DNA from: Diplonema japonicum
Taxonomy: Eukaryota; Protista; Euglenozoa: Diplonemea
Length of the DNA: 64,000 bases
Assembly (NCBI GenBank): GCA_964019335.1
Contig: OZ025683.1
Span: 310,001-374,000, forward strand
Direction: 5' to 3'
The translations under genes and the position numbers were made by a program. Below, one piece after another: positions 62,201 through 64,000 of this stretch (position 1 is its first letter; each line of letters opens with the position of its first letter). Under the pieces are notes generated by a model. The model was given only the letters and a program-made list of their open reading frames with translations, had not been told where the DNA came from and did no database searches.

Positions 62201-64000
62201 GACACCTGTGCCTGAGGTCGAAGTGCAGGAACACGCTGAGTTCGAAGTTTCTGAGATCGGCGACAGTGATCTGACAGCAGAGCACAAACCGGGGCCCTAC
62301 CCTGATACATTGCAGCAGATTTCGATGCACCCTGTGGAGCTCACTACAGTCAACTATGATGAGGGTGAGGTGGAAATTGCTGGACACGAGGTGATGGACG
62401 CAAGGGGGGGGTTCGACTCCTCTGCGGAGATCCAACACGTCAGCTTGATGCGCGATGACAGCGAGGTGCTAAAGACTGGTGAGGCACAAGAGGCATTCCA
62501 AGAAGAGACATACAACAGCGAGCAGGACAGCAAACCAAAGACGGAAGAGCCGCAAGTGGCAGCTCCTCGTCAGTTTGAAGAACCTGAAGTCATAGCAATA
62601 TCTTCCTCCTGTGTTGTAAATGAGTCTCCGCAACCGAGGCAAGTGCCAGAACCGGTGCTAGAGCCGGAGATAGAACCAGAGCATGAATCTGAGTCCGAAT
62701 TTGAGCCCCAACCTGAGCCTGAGCCTGAGCCCCAACCTGTGGAAGATGTGATGGAGGAAGATGTGAACCCAGCTGCAGCTGAACCTGTACCAGCGCCGGT
62801 TGTTCTTGAGACAATTGAACCGAAAGCAGAACCTGAGCCAGAAGAACTGGAGCCGGAAACAGAACCGGAGGCAGAACATGAGACAGGACTAGGACCTGAA
62901 CCAGGGACAGAATCTGAATTTGAGAAACACCTGAGCCCTAGCGGGAAGCCACCGCTGGACAGAAGCATTGTTAGGGACGAAGAGTTCAGGAAGCCCGACC
63001 TTCACACCCGAAGGTCAAGCATGCACGGAAGCGAAGCATCTTACTGCGACACGACGGACGACGAGGCGCACCACGAATGGTCAGACTGCTTGCAGCTACC
63101 CTCGCCCCGTAAGGCGCCAAGCAAGTTAGGGAAGGCCGTGAGCATAAACATCAAGGGGCTCCCGTTATTGCGCCCGCAGGAGACGGTTGTGGAAACGGCT
63201 GTTGTGCAGCCGCCGCCACCTGACGTCACACTGACGTCTGCTAGTCCCTTCCAGTCACCAATGCCGAAGCAAGCACAGTCACCAGCACCCGATGCAGGGG
63301 AAGTACCTGTACCTGAGATGAGTCTTGACAAGCACGAGGCGAGACAGGAGAGCGAAGAGGAGGAACTTGTTGGCCCTGTACCGCCATGCACGCTGCCATC
63401 AGGGAAAGGGAAGAAACAAAACTGTGTTAAAATTAAAGTCACGGGGCTGCCTAGTGCTACGCAACCTGAGGCGGGGGAGTTAAACAGGGAGCTAGTGAAA
63501 CTGAAGGAGGAAGAGACACAGGATGCGGTCCTCCCCCAGCAACCGCAGGTACAGCTGGCTCAGAAGCAAGCTACCGTGCCACAAGCTAGCAGTCCGGAAG
63601 AAGTGGAAGAGCAAAGGAAGAAAGATGAAATGGCGAAAAAGAACAGGACTATGGATTTGGAGCTGTTGGGGGGTGCGAAAGAGGTGATGAAAAAACAGAA
63701 AGTGACACAAGTAAAGGGCGACAGGGAGGTAATCATAAGCGGGTGTGTCTTGAAGCCGAAGGGACCTGCGAAGGTGAAGGTAGTTGTCGAGCAGAAGAAG
63801 TTCATCGTCATCAAGACCAAGCGCGCTCTGCGCAAGAGCAAGATTCTGTACTGTATCCCCACTATCTACACTGCGGCTCCTGAGAAACTGATCACAACAA
63901 ACCAAAGGGACCTCTTCATCTGGAATGTTTTCACCCCGGAAGGCTCCTCCGGCTGGATCTGCTTGCAGACGTCTAGCCCCGAAGCAGCATCCAAAGCTGC
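59229..64000 (+). CDS. Large RNI-like LRR protein with His/Gln-rich and Glu/Pro-rich linker and a possible C-terminal PH-like domain (3'-partial, >1590 aa)
   Basis: LRRLDLSSVGM, LETLKLRFNKL, LRILDLGSNGI, IKNLSLYGNEITDQG. Absent from the ORF track, consistent with no stop before the window end. Confidence 0.85.
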   Translation, partial: MKRLKKEKQHAAVEVLDWDTLNAHVATNTCGEVAALVLYQLMITQKQYQWVSGVLRHLLRNLRRLDLSSVGMDDHSCTVICRGLEGGGIKLHSLVLCGNSLGPPSAVSIGHYAASLNGTSLETLKLRFNKLLSPGVGTVMKRIANHPSLRILDLGSNGITPHPSLCESVKSLSCSSNTIKNLSLYGNEITDQGLRQLSPYLTHPHTNHLTALDLWTCGLGPDSGIVLSSIVQSCKTLQELKVGNNQLSDKGVKRLCNGIIKSRSSRLALVDVSANICGDDCTSMVVSMIQRSSVRTLNIRDNQLSLDGCLSLLNASIAGPTMRLLNVARNHLTVTDCDMIYVAAHGCETCSVTFAPFQSDAQFNQRTYNPANTLNSLLSIITDDTTIPFTPQKQSVSNSEIIVSPPTPTPEPSAKRRTRHRQQHPHQSNVIHEKVSLADILNGQSAFEPDPVPTGARHQPQSYHQQHNQQYPQDVHHHQGQGQSQHQQHHYQQRYEEYQHSQQHRPSSANPVPSGRSSVASDFNVHNLTGTADPSIEHESFASLAAAVQSFDPTRHHGKVTLDDLASRQDALPLNSIIASQREDHASLNDSLDDSIVRELQEVFPNTTEVSHDVIPLHAEELFMDAPQGRSVEVLQMSDLFYREEGAPISDLVALSEEPDAKAPQHYAQHQYHQREKPAQDQFMRQEDLKQEHNQHQHHQSHAQNESQQHQHQHHQHQHHQHQHHQHQHQHHHKQMHQHAYQHQQHHDQQHQHQLHHHQHHHQPHHHEEQQLHEHGHQQHEQAHQQQQQVERHPHYQQHELQLHHKQHDLHDSQQLHQEQYEHQQQEDYSEQHRDDLSLQQHSNDYRATRQHGEEHPQYPQEPEYDQRDSTLDELAQLQVHQESDLQPGFPESAASYEASQGWGRKESIQGSVHGSVHESAHGNEIDADIIQAIEEDTGETDMRYSLSPEDHTHTPSVAAAPAAPPVLTASSERNIATPHSIPGLMPTPVVTPVPEVEVQEHAEFEVSEIGDSDLTAEHKPGPYPDTLQQISMHPVELTTVNYDEGEVEIAGHEVMDARGGFDSSAEIQHVSLMRDDSEVLKTGEAQEAFQEETYNSEQDSKPKTEEPQVAAPRQFEEPEVIAISSSCVVNESPQPRQVPEPVLEPEIEPEHESESEFEPQPEPEPEPQPVEDVMEEDVNPAAAEPVPAPVVLETIEPKAEPEPEELEPETEPEAEHETGLGPEPGTESEFEKHLSPSGKPPLDRSIVRDEEFRKPDLHTRRSSMHGSEASYCDTTDDEAHHEWSDCLQLPSPRKAPSKLGKAVSINIKGLPLLRPQETVVETAVVQPPPPDVTLTSASPFQSPMPKQAQSPAPDAGEVPVPEMSLDKHEARQESEEEELVGPVPPCTLPSGKGKKQNCVKIKVTGLPSATQPEAGELNRELVKLKEEETQDAVLPQQPQVQLAQKQATVPQASSPEEVEEQRKKDEMAKKNRTMDLELLGGAKEVMKKQKVTQVKGDREVIISGCVLKPKGPAKVKVVVEQKKFIVIKTKRALRKSKILYCIPTIYTAAPEKLITTNQRDLFIWNVFTPEGSSGWICLQTSSPEAASKA

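Overview
Eukaryotic genomic DNA, most likely a euglenozoan and probably a diplonemid (inference). About 31 protein-coding genes all lie on the + strand. They are separated by pyrimidine tracts and poly(A) runs abutting the ATG, and carry short (34-72 nt) GT-AG introns, many of them unusually purine/poly(A)-rich. Recognisable genes: cholesterol-oxidase-type hydrolase (partial), a PP2C-like/TM/cyclase-like/MAP3K fusion, a WW protein, a TCAIM/DUF4460-like protein, SLC35F and MFS transporters, an FMN alpha-hydroxy-acid oxidase, an HVA22/DP1 protein, two RPL9 copies, RPL36A, a myosin, a GPR180/TMEM145-like 7TM protein, GH27 alpha-galactosidase, a DUF5765-like membrane protein and a long LRR protein. 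The best candidates for something undescribed are: (1) a cysteine desulfurase with an inserted C2H2 finger fused to a TtcA-type tRNA thiolase, next to a paralog that lacks TtcA and has an acylation motif; (2) a ~275-bp SINE-like repeat family whose full copy begins with an HDV-like ribozyme fold; (3) a Crypton-like tyrosine-recombinase element family with a conserved hairpin + inverted-repeat architecture. A decayed piggyBac and several MITEs are also present. All calls are by-eye motif recognition; no searches were run.
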